A DNA stretch of 64,000 nt from Ruditapes philippinarum (lineage: Eukaryota), in contig NW_026851538.1 of NCBI RefSeq assembly GCF_026571515.1, forward strand, positions 86,164-150,163. Direction: 5' to 3'. Position numbers and translations under genes: made by a program. Every line of letters starts with the position of its first letter. The first letter of the stretch is position 1. The notes beneath the pieces are model-generated. The model did no database searches. It was not told where the DNA came from and saw only the letters and a list, made by a program, of their open reading frames with translations. Below are positions 1 through 12,093 of this stretch, one piece after another.

Positions 1-207
1 TGCGTTTGCGACCAGCATGGATCCAGACTAGCCTGCGCATCCGCGCAGTCTGATCAGGATCCATGCTGTTCGCTATCAGTTTCTCAACTTGTTAAAGGGT
101 TTGTAAGCGAACAGCATGGATCCTGATCAGACTGTGCGGATGCGCAGGCTGGTCTGGATCCATGCTGCTCGCAAACGCAATATTATGGTTTTGTCGTGAC
201 GCGGCTC
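1..207 (+). mobile_element. Nested-palindrome MITE, copy 1 (left ~30 bp cut by the window edge)
   Basis: Consensus arms ...gcgaccagcatggatccagaccagcctgcgcatccgcgcagtctgatcaggatccatgctgttcgc, then loop tatcagtttctcaacttgttaaagggtttgtaag, then the inverse arm ending gttttgtcgtgacgcggctc. Right flank atat. Confidence 0.8.
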
Positions 208-639
208 ATATGATAATTGATTTAGAAATATATAATATCATATCGATACCTACACTCCGTGCATTGGTTTGCTTTACTTTATATTCAAATATTCTACTAT
301 GTTCAGATTGATTCAAGCAAACAGAGTCTGCAATTTTCATGTTATTTTGTTGTGACTAATTAATGCTTCCGAGGAGTGACATTTTTTCCAGTTTTAATTT
401 TCTTACGGAGTATATCAGAGCTCTTCTTGCATATGTCGACCCCCTATAGATAACATTAGAGTTGCTTGCGGTTGCTCTGGACATACAATAATATATTTTT
501 TCTTTTTAAAATACTGAAATTAGATGGAAAATAGACGCATGCTTTTGTAAAGTCATTTCCATTTCTTTGCATTTGGTTGTTCATATAATCTTATTTTCTC
601 AATTTTTATTTGCTTGATGACTTGCCGACTTGATTGTGT

Positions 640-1108
640 TTTGTTTTTTCGTTTGTTTGTTTGCTAGTTAGTTAGTTAATAAGTTAGTAAGTTGGTTGGT
701 TGGTTACTTACTAGTAGTTAGTTGGTTGGTTGTTTCGTTACTAAGTTAGTATGTTACTTGGTTGGTTAGTTAGTTAGTTAGTTGGTTGATTGATTGATTT
801 GTTAGTTACTAGTAGTTAGTTGGTTGGTTGGTTGGTTGGTTAGTTGGTTGATTTGTTAGTAAATTAGTTACTAGTATTAGATAGTTAGTTGGTTGGTTAG
901 TAAGTTAGTTAGTTAGTTGGTTGGTTGTTTGGTTACTAAGTTAGTAAGTTACTTGTTTGGTTAGTTAGTTGGTTGATTGATTGATTTGTTAGTTACTAGT
1001 AGTTAGTTCGTTGGTTGGTAGGTTAGTTGGTTGATTAGTTAGTAAATTAGTTACTAGTATTAATTAGTTAGTTGGTTGGTTGGTTGGTTAGTAAGATAGT
1101 TACTAGTT

Positions 1109-1180
<72 letters not shown>

Positions 1181-1195
1181 AAATAATAGAATATT
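640..1195. repeat. Compound microsatellite (GTTA / GGTT)n ending in perfect (gttagtta)n
   Basis: Direct reading. Perfect run at 1110-1170. Confidence 0.9.
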
Positions 1196-1214
1196 TACCT
1201 TATGACTTTTACAG

Positions 1215-1286
1215 ACTGGCATCGTCAGGAAACTACGGAGATTCCTTCCACAAGTACGTTCTTATCTGGGACGAGGATCATATCAG
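1215..1286 (+). CDS. GH16 endo-1,3-beta-glucanase (laminarinase-type), internal exon; translation ...LASSGNYGDSFHKYVLIWDEDHI...
   Basis: Acceptor ttttacag|A and donor CAG|gtatat. Frame-2 translation contains FHKYVLIWDEDHI, which matches the conserved GH16 glucanase block (FHxYxLEWTPDxI). Joins in frame to the next exon (S codon ag|t). Confidence 0.7.
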
Positions 1287-1439
1287 GTATATGTAAAAAA
1301 AGAATTGTTTTTTCTTCAAAGAGACTGTTAAAATCTTATCTAATTACATTCTGTTCTTTAAAAGCTTGTTGTATTACAATTATAAACTATATGAACAGAA
1401 TTACTTGCACACGTTATATCCGTTTGTTTTTTCTATGTC

Positions 1440-1800
1440 ATTAAAGCTGCATGCCCTCAGATTAGTCAAAATATTTCAATAAAATAAAACTTAAAAAATG
1501 TACTAATTAGATGTATGGAAAAGTAAAAGTTTTAAGATTCAAGTAATATTTTACACATTATGTGCGATAAATGACTGATGTTTTCAATGTTTACAACTAT
1601 ATTCCTACTGCGTTACTAACGTAGTTAAGGCTATTTATTCTTATGCTGACCTTTTTTGTAATTTACGTGGTTGTTAGTGCCATTGATAATGTGTAAACTG
1701 CTTCCTTTTGGTTACTTCACAATATTACACATTCAAATACATTTCAAAATTTTCATGAAAATTAGCATGAATCTGGATGCTTGCTACTTAAATTAACTAT
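1440..1800 (+). repeat. Dispersed ~360-bp repeat, copy 1
   Basis: ttaaagctgcatgccctcagattagtcaaaatatttcaat...catgaatctggatgcttgctacttaa. Homologous to 18117-18480. Confidence 0.55.
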
Positions 1801-2035
1801 TAAAACCATTGCTATGTTCTTTTTGTGTCATCTTTGGTTGTGGTCAATATAGTGAGTGTGTCGTTAAGTTTGCAATTTTTGAAAACTAATTCGTGTGTGA
1901 TGCCTCTTTATAACAATCCCAGGGCTAAATCTGTCTTTTAACCAGCTTTTTTTTTTAAAGAATTCATATTTCACACACTCTGTGAGAAGAATTTTTTTTC
2001 ATTGTTTTGATGACATCCTTTTTTTAAATTTTTAG

Positions 2036-2168
2036 TATTTCAATCGACGATACAGAAGTGTTGAATGTGACACCACAGACAAACATGTGGCAATTCGGAG
2101 AGCTCGATAAAGATGGTGTAGAAAATCCATGGGCTGCTGGAACCAAAATGGCTCCTTTTGATCAAGAG
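2036..2168 (+). CDS. GH16 endo-1,3-beta-glucanase exon; ISIDDTEVLNVTPQTNMWQFGELDKDGVENPWAAGTKMAPFDQE
   Basis: Acceptor ttttag|T and donor GAG|gtaaaa. The NPW...GTKMAPFDQE block is typical of invertebrate GH16 beta-1,3-glucanases. The minus-strand ORF 2032-2406 overlapping it is rejected. Confidence 0.75.
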
Positions 2169-4373
2169 GTAAAATAAATGCTAAACTCTCGATTCTCCTT
2201 ATCAGTACTACATGTATCAGTCGCAACTTTTCGGCCCTTTCCGTCAGTCTTCGAATATGAATAATAGCAGAGGACGTTCCGATTGGTACATCAAAACCGG
2301 AAAACATTTCAACACAAGGCAATTTCTCATCCACTTCTATACCGTCAAAGTCAGTGGCGTAGCTTCCTATAGGCACTGTAGGCACGTGCCTACACTTTTT
2401 CCTCAAAAATGAAAAATTAAATTATTACAAAAATGCGATAAAAATTTAAGGGTAAGGGCGGTAGATTTGTAGGTCCTAATATTAGAACATTAATGCCACC
2501 AATCGAGTTTTATACTCTTTATATCGAGTTTTATTTCATAACTAAAGTGTTGCCGTGTTATAAAGTTGTTCTGTGGTAAAACCTATCAGAGACGGATGAA
2601 GTTTTTGACAATATAAAAGTTTTTGAGCGCTTCGATTCAAAATATAAATATTACAAGTATGCACGACAATGATCGGCCATGTATCCAAATATCGGTAGTG
2701 CTAGCTTTATATAACTGATGAGGAAGCTAAGCGATATCTTTCGAATGAAGCCTAGACATTTATGATTTAATTATTTGTACATTATTCTGTTCAAACTGCA
2801 TCTCCGTCAAATCTTGAACACAAGTCGATTTGAAGTAAATGTGAAACATAATCTGTGTTATTACATATTTTTTTAACTGTATTTTAATTATATATAATAG
2901 ATCTATATACAAGTAATGTGTTCGAATACACATCAAAATCTGCATTTATTAGCGTAGTTGTGGAGAGTTTGCTTATAAAGCTGGCGATGCAATTCTCTTT
3001 TTTAATTTATACTTTAATGAAACTTTATTTATTCATTAAATTGCACATAAAGTAACATTTACAAACATTTCACAACAATGTAATTCAGATTGCATTGGAA
3101 AATATGTAAAATAAAGATACAAAATGTTGCGGATAGATGTAATTATAAGCTCTTTAAATGTACAGCGAAAAAAATAAGAGAATAATTGATTGTTGAATTA
3201 TCACTACAGTATAGAGAGACTAAGGGAACTTATAGAGAAATATTAGAAGAAAGGAAGAATGTAAGGAAAAACATGATTGAAAATATCCGATTTTTTAGTT
3301 CTTAAAATAAACATGTAAATAAATATGACCGTTCTGACGTGCCAAGTTCATTCGCACTGACAGTAATTCATACAAAATTTGTAAAAAAAAAGATTTCTGA
3401 ACATTCTGACACTACTTCGCGCGAAATAGTTCATTGAAGTTACAAAAATGTTGATAATAAAAGTTCTTCTTACTGCAGGTAACGTACTGGAAGTGTAAGT
3501 TTGCTTTGTCTTTACTCTCTCTATATGTTTGACTTCCGTAAACAGTCTATTCTATGTTCTATACATGTATATGTTTCACTAAGGCTTTCATTCATTAATT
3601 ATGGGTGCATAAAATCTTATTGAGAAAATGTATTCGATGCTGTTTGTGTGACATTACATATGTCATCATCAATTGGTATTTAAATACCGATTGTAACGTG
3701 TAAAGGGGTGCATTTAGTTAATGGGGTTTGATCTTGTTGATCTTTCTTTTAATTATTTTCTAATTATATATTTAGACAACCTTATTTTGAATTTAAAATT
3801 TTGATGATTGCTTAAAAATTTGCATAAATTTGTTCTTTTTAAATGTATAGTTTTGGATTCATATATTGTTACCCAAAACTATGTACCGAAAAAAGCTCTT
3901 TTTGCCAAAATATCACAGTAGCTTTGCGTTGAGTAAGTGATATAAGTATGGTCATCTTTAAATTGATGGAAAAAAATGTAACCAAAACTCAGCAAAATTA
4001 TGAATACTCTTCCTTCAGAACATGCCTTAACATACCCCAGAATGCAGCTATGGCAATGTAGATTTTCAAAATTTTCCGGGGGAGCATGCCCCCGTACCCC
4101 CCTAACACAAGTGCCTACACATTGGTTTCTTTCAAGCTACGCCCCTGAAAGTTTATTTATAAACGTCCCATTTACAATTAAATTTGTCTGCTCTCTGCTA
4201 AAGTGATGTGTGAGGTTTGGTTTCCAGGATTTAAATGATATTTCATGTATTATTCACTATTAGATCTAATACTAAAATTGTTTTGCTTTTATTTATTCAA
4301 TATAGCATACGCTTGTAAAAAACTGATTCCACTTTCATAAACATAAATATCCCCATTATTTGGTATGTTTCAG

Positions 4374-4595
4374 TTTTTCCTTATCATGAATGTGGCTATA
4401 GGAGGAACGGGTTTCTTCCCCGATAAATTTGTCAGTCCTACGGGAAAACCATGGCAAGATAAATCTGAATTCACAGCACGTGATTTCTGGAACGCACGTG
4501 GTCAATGGTACCCAACATGGAACGCGGACAAAAATAACGGAGAAGATGCCGCTATGCAAGTTGATTACATCCGAGTTTGGAAGCTTAAACCATAA
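4374..4595 (+). CDS. GH16 endo-1,3-beta-glucanase terminal exon; FFLIMNVAIGGTGFFPD...MQVDYIRVWKLKP stop
   Basis: Acceptor tgtttcag|TTT in phase 0 with the previous exon (FDQE|FFLIMNVAIGG). The C-terminal GH16 signature is present (NVAIGG..FFPD ... VDYIRVW). Stop TAA at 4593-4595. AATAAA at ~4651. Confidence 0.8.
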   Translation, partial: FFLIMNVAIGGTGFFPDKFVSPTGKPWQDKSEFTARDFWNARGQWYPTWNADKNNGEDAAMQVDYIRVWKLKP

Positions 4596-4887
4596 AATGA
4601 ACATTAGAATATTCTTTATAAATAGATCTTCATACAAAATGTTACAATTTTAAATAAAAGGTACATACCGATTGTTGCTTTCTTATACTTTAATATACAC
4701 GCCAAATTGATGGCATTTCCAACGGATAAGCTAAGCCATATAAAGAGAACATTCAAATATTCTTTACAAATACATTTACATATAAAATGTTCAAATATCC
4801 GGTAAAAGGTACACATTGCCCTCGAGCAAATAACATGGAAACAATCCCCTCCCTTTAAAAGATTTAATTTAACATTTGTAAACACCA

Positions 4888-5400
4888 TTTTTGGGGAAAA
4901 TTACTCACTGAACACAACATTTACCAGGAACATTACTCAATGTACACAGCATTTACCAGGAACATTACTCACTGAACACAACATTTACCAGGAACATTAC
5001 TCACTGAACACAACATTTACCAGGAACATTACTCACTGAACACAACATTTACCAGGAACATTACTCACTGAACACCACATTTACCAGGAACATTACTCAC
5101 CGAACACAACATTTACCAGGAACATTACTCACTGAACACAACATTTACCAGGAACATTACTCACTGAACACCACATTTACCAGGAACATTACTCAATGAA
5201 CACAACATTTACGCGGAACATTACTCACTGAACGCAACATTTACCATGAACATTACGCAATGAACACAACATTTACCATGATCATTACTCACTGAACACA
5301 ACATTTACCAGGGACATTACTCACTGAACACAACATTTACCAGGGACATTACTCACTGAAAACAACATTTACTAGAAAATTTACTCACTGAACACATTAA
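4888..5400. repeat. 32-bp minisatellite x ~15 (acatttaccaggaacattactcactgaacaca)
   Basis: Direct reading, period 32. Degenerates toward 5400. Confidence 0.9.
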
Positions 5401-6149
5401 CCAGGAAAATTACTCACTGATCATTAACTCGAATCGTGACAGTTACAAACTGATCACAATTCAGATCTAAATACCACTCACACTCTGAGCATCATGTCTC
5501 GTATTATAAACTGAGCACCTCTCACGTCCGAGGATCAGTTCCATTGTTGATTATAATCCTCTCGCTAGGAATATTTATGAAAAAAATACTTTGACCATGG
5601 TTGTTCATTATCAGCTGCGGACGTCACAAGGTGGGATCATCGGATCATTGCGTTGAAACCAGTTTGGTTAACACCTTTGGTCAGTGTTAGGACGTGTAAA
5701 TCTGATAAATAATAATCTTAGCTGTTCAAAAAAAAAGTTAACAACATGTTTCAAAGGTCTTTTTGGAACTTTTGATCAGTATATAATGAAAAAGATAATA
5801 ATTTTCTTCACTTACTAATGGAAATGTATTTGGATAAATCGTGTAACCAATGCAGTAAGGTGCGTTTTGTATAGAGTGCGGGCATAAATAAGACAACTGT
5901 TTGTAGACAAAACATTTTTATATTGTGTGGAAGTTACGTAGAAAATTTAAAGTAGAATTTAAGACGGTAACATATCTTTTTACTTCTTTTTTTTTGTGAA
6001 AGAAAATTATTTTAATTTTAATAAAAGCCTCAAGAGTACGAATAATATCTACGGCTGTAAGATTTATGGTGTTTGTGCACCAGTAGAAAATATTAAGATT
6101 GAGAAGATGAAGAGAAAAACCTAATAAGCAACACAAAAACAAGGTACAT

Positions 6150-6186
<37 letters not shown>

Positions 6187-7741
6187 TTTTGTAAAAGTTG
6201 TAAATTGCTTTTACAACTCTTTAGTTACTTAACTTTGGTGTATTTACGAATGCTCTACAACGGTGGCATTAAGAGGGCAAATGAAACCTATGCAATCGAT
6301 AGGTTTTAACATAGCCACGCAATATATATTATTTGCGCGAGCGATAGCAATGCATGGTCACGTGATTGCTATTACATAAACACTTAAAACCATTGTACGT
6401 GGCCATACGATAGGTTTCTCGTGCGCACGCGTGGCCACGTTATGATTTTCACGTGCGTATATAGCCAGAAACTTTTAAAAAACTTAAAATTATAAGGTAC
6501 TTTGCTGTCGCGCGTGCTTAAAGCATGTATGCAATCGTACTCTACAGACTGAAAGAAAGAAAGTGTTTTTTTCTTGTCCCATAATCATTATAAATCAAAG
6601 GCATTCAGAATTGGATTGGATGCTTTTTTATTTTGGCAAACGATAATCATTTTATGTCCGAAATTGTACGTATTTATATTACCTTATAAAGCCTCTATAT
6701 AATTATGTACATGCATTACAAAACCGTCACAAAGTTTGCCGTGTCTGTGGACTTAGGCCTACATATTTTAAGTCCCAGGTCTGTGTATAACATAAATTGT
6801 CTTGGCACTGGCACAAATGGAATAACATACTAAAATTATGTGAACCAGTTGTACCAAAAATTTATTAATCATAATGTTGCCAGTCAAATGGTATTTTCAG
6901 TAAATATATTGATACCATTCAAATCAAATCAAATCAAAATTTATTTATTGTCGGTATACATATATAACATTTTACAAAACATAAGCTATGTATAGCTTTT
7001 GACCGACATACATGCATAATGATATAAACATAAAACTCATAAAAGAAGCACATTAAGATATGAAACTTTGAAAGACAAATGGTAAAAGATAAGTTAAATT
7101 ACTATAATATGGGATGTAGACACTAAATGTTATAATTTAAAATAAAATAATAATAATTAATAAATAGTAATGTTATGCTAAGGATATGCTTAAAAGTTCT
7201 ATACTGTATCATACATGAATAAAATAATATATATCTAGATAAAATGCGGAATATATTAGCACATACATAAAATAAGATTACATAAAAAGTGGGTGGATAC
7301 TGCTGATCTTGACCCTGGTCCCAGGCCTAGCCTGGACTGCTATAAAAGAAAGGAAATACGATATTGAAAATGAAAAGGATCACAAAACTGTTACCACTAA
7401 TTAGGTTTTATAAATAAAAATCCCCAATTCAAAATTTGCAAGAAGTGATCAGCAGCCTCCTTCAATAAGCAAACTTCGCAAAAGCTGACAATAAGCAAAC
7501 AAAATTCAAGCATACTGGAAAATAATGCATGTACATAATCATTTTATGTTGAGAATATTAACAAATTTAAGCCAAATGTGAAATAAACAGATACATGTAA
7601 GTAAGCAGCAAAACAAAAGAAAGCAGGCAAGAAACAATACTGAAGATGGAGCTAAACTATAATGCAGGTTTATTGACAGAAAGTACATGAGCAACTCTCT
7701 CCATTCCATGCACCAATTAGACTTTTTAAATTGGTCATAAT

Positions 7742-8197
7742 TCACTTCCATTCTGAGGTGTTGAGGAAGTGAATTCCATAGTTTAGGTGCATTGGAACGA
7801 AAAGAGTTGCTGCCATAACTGGTGGTGTTCTTACCTGAGGGATAATGGCTACATTTTTTATACCTAAATTAAAAGAATGAGATTTTATATTAACAAGATC
7901 ATGTAAGTATGTTGGTCCTTGTTTATGAATAATTTTATGACTTTCGAGGGCTATAGTTCTGATTCGTCTTAATTTTAAATTTGGTACTTTAGATTTTATT
8001 AAAAGTGAGTCATAGTCTGATTGATAGTCATCATAAATGAATCTTAATGCTCTTTCTTGAATTTTCTCTAGTTTTTTTGTGTACTTTTCTCCACAGAAGT
8101 GCCAGGTGACAGGGCAGTAATTAAAGTTTGATAGTATAAAAGAGTATATGTTCAATTTCCCCAATTTACATAAATATTTACCTAATCTCTTTAGCAC
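7742..8197 (-). mobile_element. Non-LTR retrotransposon (LINE) fragment, 3'-terminal part of the RT ORF
   Basis: ORF 7742-8197 (-) contains the conserved post-RT tail of CR1/L2/RTE-type LINEs: NYCPVTW...LEKIQERALRFIY...SYDSLL..SKVPNLKLRRIRTIALESHKIIH. It is 5'-truncated, with no recognisable upstream RT. Confidence 0.6.
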
Positions 8198-9601
8198 GTT
8201 TAGTTGGGAATTAACCTGTTAACTTTTTTGTATTTTATCAATTCAATTCAATTCTTTTATTCATTAAAACACATTTTTATACGAATATTAGCAAAAGAAT
8301 AACAAGAACTTTGATATCAAAATCTAACAATTACGAGTACAATAGGAAAAGATTAATAACGAGTTTTTTTAGCAATTTTCACGATTTTATATCTTCACGG
8401 GACACCTGTCATTAGGAGCCGGATATAAACAAACATAAACAAACTGTTTCTAAAGAATTTATCATCTAATTTAATCTCTTTTGCACAGAAGGTATTTCGT
8501 CTCAAAATGATAATTTAACAGTTATGGAAATTGTTTTGTCTTTCTTTTCATACAGCATTAACTCAAGGACCTGTCAAGTATCACTGTATTCGGATATATC
8601 ATTATCAGATAGTCGAAATAGTAAAAAGCTAAATGCAACTGTAGCCTGCTATTTAACATGTACTTTTCCTTTAATAGAAAAGCCTCTACTGTACAGCTTC
8701 CAATAGATGTGTGGCGTTGGTTAGTGAGTGAAAACTTGGTTGGTTTTGCTTTAAGTTACAATAGAAAAATTAATCAATTAGTTCCTAATGATCAAGCTTT
8801 CTACAGTTCTAGTTAATTCCTGACAGCCATTTACAAAGGTCATGTTGACAATTTTCACAGGAGAGCTTTTTTCCAGCTTGTCATTTTTGAATGGGAGGGT
8901 TTTTATCAGGGAAGGGTTTTGTCCATTTTTCGGACAAACTAGAGATCTTTTTTTGATAAATCTTAAAATATGTACAAATTAGCAACAGGATAAACTGTGA
9001 TCAGACAGATGGATGTGGCTGTTGATCTTGGTCTACACATTTACCACTATCAGATAAAGTGCTAAGTAATTCATTAGAAGAGTCACAGTATTAATATTAT
9101 TCACCATGTCACCATTTCATTTTTGAATTTTGTGTAAACCTAGTTACTGACTCAGGATTGAACTTGAGACCTCTTGTTTACTAGGCGGATACTTAAGCAT
9201 GTTGCTTAAGCGTTGACCACTGTTGATATTTTAATTGCTACTAAACTAGAATAAGCTTAAAAATATATTATAAGTATTTGAAATCTTACACAGGCTGCCA
9301 GTACTGAATATCCTAGCAAGACTGCATCTGTTTACAGTAGTAATGAAGCTTCCTTTAAGTTTCTGTTTAAGATTTTACACACAGCTTGAAAATGAGATGA
9401 CAGCCAAAATGCAAAGTTTTTTCCTTATAAGAGGAGTTCTTTCTTGCACCATTGTCAACAAAATGCAAAAAAATAAGATATTACTATCTTTTAAATAATT
9501 GATATTTCTCTTGAACAAAATCTTATTCTTAACCCACTTACTGTCATAATTCTCTGTTCAGATTATTGAGATTCTGTCACTGATTTAAATGAAGTAGATT
9601 T

Positions 9602-9799
9602 GAGACATGCCATGACAAAACCAACATAATGGGTTTGCGACCAGCATGGATCCAGATCAGCCTGTGCATCCGCGCAATCTGACCAGGATCCATGCTGTTC
9701 GCTTACAACCCTATTTCAAGTAGAGAAACTGATGCGCAGGCTGGTCTGGATCCATGCTGGTCGCAAAGGCATTACGTTGGTTTTGTCATGATGCAGCTC
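9602..9799 (-). mobile_element. Nested-palindrome MITE, copy 2 (shorter variant)
   Basis: Terminal gagacatgccatgacaaaaccaacataatg ... cattacgttggttttgtcatgatgcagctc. Flanking direct repeat ATTT/ATTT. Lies 23 bp upstream of the KLHDC8-like ATG exon. Confidence 0.8.
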
Positions 9800-9821
9800 A
9801 TTTATCGTATTTCATTACAGG

Positions 9822-10047
9822 ATGGCTAGTAACGATGTGAATTGTGTGTTCAAGTCCGACTCTCTCAAGAAGATGGTCTACCCTCGTGTGTTCTCCAGCC
9901 CTGTTGTACATGAGAATAACATTTATGTAGTTGGTGGGTGTGATCAGATGGGTCAGCCTGTCGACAGCTTTGAAATGTACGACATCACAAAGAAAAAATG
10001 GACCACTTTACAAAATATGCCAACAAAGAGGGCAGCACCTGCTGTTG
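9822..10047 (+). CDS. KLHDC8-like kelch-repeat protein, exon 1 (blade 1); MASNDVNCVFKSDSLKKMVYPRVFSSPVVHENNIYVVGGCDQMGQPVDSFEMYDITKKKWTTLQNMPTKRAAPAV
   Basis: ATG at 9822 immediately after a cag acceptor, so an upstream noncoding exon is possible. Pattern W.F..MP..RVY...GGC..G.P.D..E.YD....W..L..MPT.RA.PAV matches the KLHDC8A/B N-terminus. Donor G|gtaggt, phase 1. Confidence 0.75.
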
Positions 10048-11015
10048 GTAGGTGTTTATTGTAAACAATCATGGCATATAAAATGATAATAACCTAAAGC
10101 TAAAATTTAGAAAATAAACAGGTAAGTTATTTAAATTCTTCCTGTTGAAGATTTTGTTTTGACTGTCCTAGTAGTATGGACTGAAATTACAAAATACAAG
10201 GTCTTTTTTTATCGAAAACTGCTGGTTCATCTTCATAGTACTAAAAGAAGGAGTTGCAACCATTTTGTAAGAAATTAACTTACTACATGTAAGAAATATG
10301 AATTTTTCTTTATTCATACCTTGTGAAGTAATTTGTAGGCTATATTTGAGTATTGGTAATACATTGTACACCCAGGGCCTTTTCTCCTACAATAGAAGAG
10401 GATACATAAGGTAAGATTCCCTTTAACAAAATTTCTTTCCCTCTAAATTTTCTTCTCTGCTAAGTAATATTCCCCTCTTTATGGGTCCTGCATCCATCTT
10501 CTAGTAAACAAAAAATCGCTGAATGTTTATCTATAGCTACCACTGGAACACTATTTAGGCAGCTCACTCCAGAAAACACTATGTAACTTCATGCTACTTT
10601 AGGATAATGGTATGGATACAGACATAGACATAGAGCCATGGTTTTTGCGAATAGGGACAGTTATTGTTTTTGTGTCATATGTTGAAACTTCACACTCTTG
10701 TTCTCTGTGATTATCTAACATAATAGGCACATGTCGCATAACTCTGTGTTACCTTTTTACTGTTATATATCCCTTTTCTTACTGTCAAGCACTGTGAATA
10801 ATTGAGCGTACAGTCTTATGGACAGCTCCTGTAAAGTTGCTATCGTTATTAACAACTTGTGAAATTAAAGTGGTAGTGGTTTGGAATCAAACTTCCGTTA
10901 CCACTGACTTTTTAGTTAAATACTGTTACATGTACCTCGAGACCTTTGGGCTTCTTTAATACTTAACAGAAGTAAAGCAACACCTAAGATATTTATAGAA
11001 TGTAATGTATTTCAG

Positions 11016-11168
11016 GGGTGGTTGGAGACAAGATAGTGGCTGTGGGAGGTGTTGGAGATTGTCAGCAACCTGTAGATGCTATAGAAATGTACAGTATAAA
11101 AGATAAAAAGTGGGAGAAAATGGACAACCTTCCTAGTGGACTTCTAGGCCTTTCATCAGTCTTGAAAG
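11016..11168 (+). CDS. KLHDC8-like exon 2 (blade 2); G VVGDKIVAVGGVGDCQQPVDAIEMYSIKDKKWEKMDNLPSGLLGLSSVLK
   Basis: Acceptor tttcag|GG and donor AAAG|gtaaat, phase 1 in and out. Kelch GG doublet and W present. Confidence 0.75.
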
Positions 11169-11176
11169 GTAAATTT

Positions 11177-11411
11177 GAGCCGTGCCATGATAAAACCAAC
11201 GTAATGCGTTTGCAACCAGCATGGATCCAGACCAGCCTGTGCATCCGCGCAGTCTGATCAGGATCCATGCTGTTAGCTTACAAACCCTATTACAAGTAGA
11301 GAAACTGATAGCGAACAGCATGGATCCTGATCAGACTGCGTGGATGCGCAAACTGGTCTGGATCCATGCTGGTGGCAAACGTATTATGTTGGTTTTGTCG
11401 TGATGCGGCTC
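11177..11411 (-). mobile_element. Nested-palindrome MITE, copy 3
   Basis: Full-length copy in KLHDC8-like intron 2, starting 9 bp after the exon-2 donor. Flanking ATTT/ATTT. Confidence 0.85.
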
Positions 11412-11928
11412 ATTTTATTGATTTTCTTTCAATACATAGGATTTTTTTTTATAAAACTTTAAACAATTGTTTCTGTATTCATAAAATTAATTCTTACTTA
11501 GTGATGTTAACTCATTTTGTATGACTCTGCATTAAAAGTGTATAACTTTTTAATATAAAACCCTTGTGACACATACATGTAGAATGTCAGAACCCATAAT
11601 TTTACGGGTGAAATGGAATGTCAAGTTGTAATTGTAAATTTAAATAAAATACTGGCCTTACATAATAGTTAAAGGTTGTCTGTCTCATTGTAGGACAAGT
11701 TTGATTGTTCAATCTCTTATCCTCATGAATTGGTTGAAAAGATATACTCTGCTTTGAATTTAGCCTTGAAAAGCATAGAACCTGGTCAAACTGCATGGAT
11801 ATACAGGCTGGCCTTGGGCTATAATGGTGGCAAAAGCCTTTCCACTTTCTACATGTTCTTACCGATTAAGGGCTTAATTAATTATACCATGTAAAACATA
11901 TAATAAAGGTGAAATGCATTATTAACAG

Positions 11929-12093
11929 ATGACAAGGTTCTGGTAATGGGAGGTATGGGTGTTGACACAAATCCGAATGATAGTTTCATGATGATAGATC
12001 TGGATGAAAATAAATGGAAGGGACTAAAACCTATGCCTACTGCCAGATATGCTACATTCTCTTTCATCATCAATGACAAACTATATGTTATTG
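11929..12093 (+). CDS. KLHDC8-like exon 3 (blade 3); DDKVLVMGGMGVDTNPNDSFMMIDLDENKWKGLKPMPTARYATFSFIINDKLYVI
   Basis: Acceptor attaacag|AT and donor ATTG|gtaagt, phase 1. Confidence 0.75.

Noticed and set aside
1202-1444. Track ORF starting MTFTDWHRQETTEIP
   Set aside because: It is in the wrong frame. The adjacent frame gives the conserved GH16 block FHKYVLIWDEDHI bounded by splice signals (1215-1286). The rest of the ORF is intron.
2032-2406. 124-aa minus-strand ORF
   Set aside because: It overlaps the well-supported + strand GH16 exon (2036-2168) in antisense and has no recognisable domain.
11062-11403. ORFs inside MITE copies (also 42353-42553 and 57948-58172)
   Set aside because: These are translations of the palindromic MITE (e.g. 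MDPDQTA...IHAG in both directions). They recur wherever the MITE occurs.
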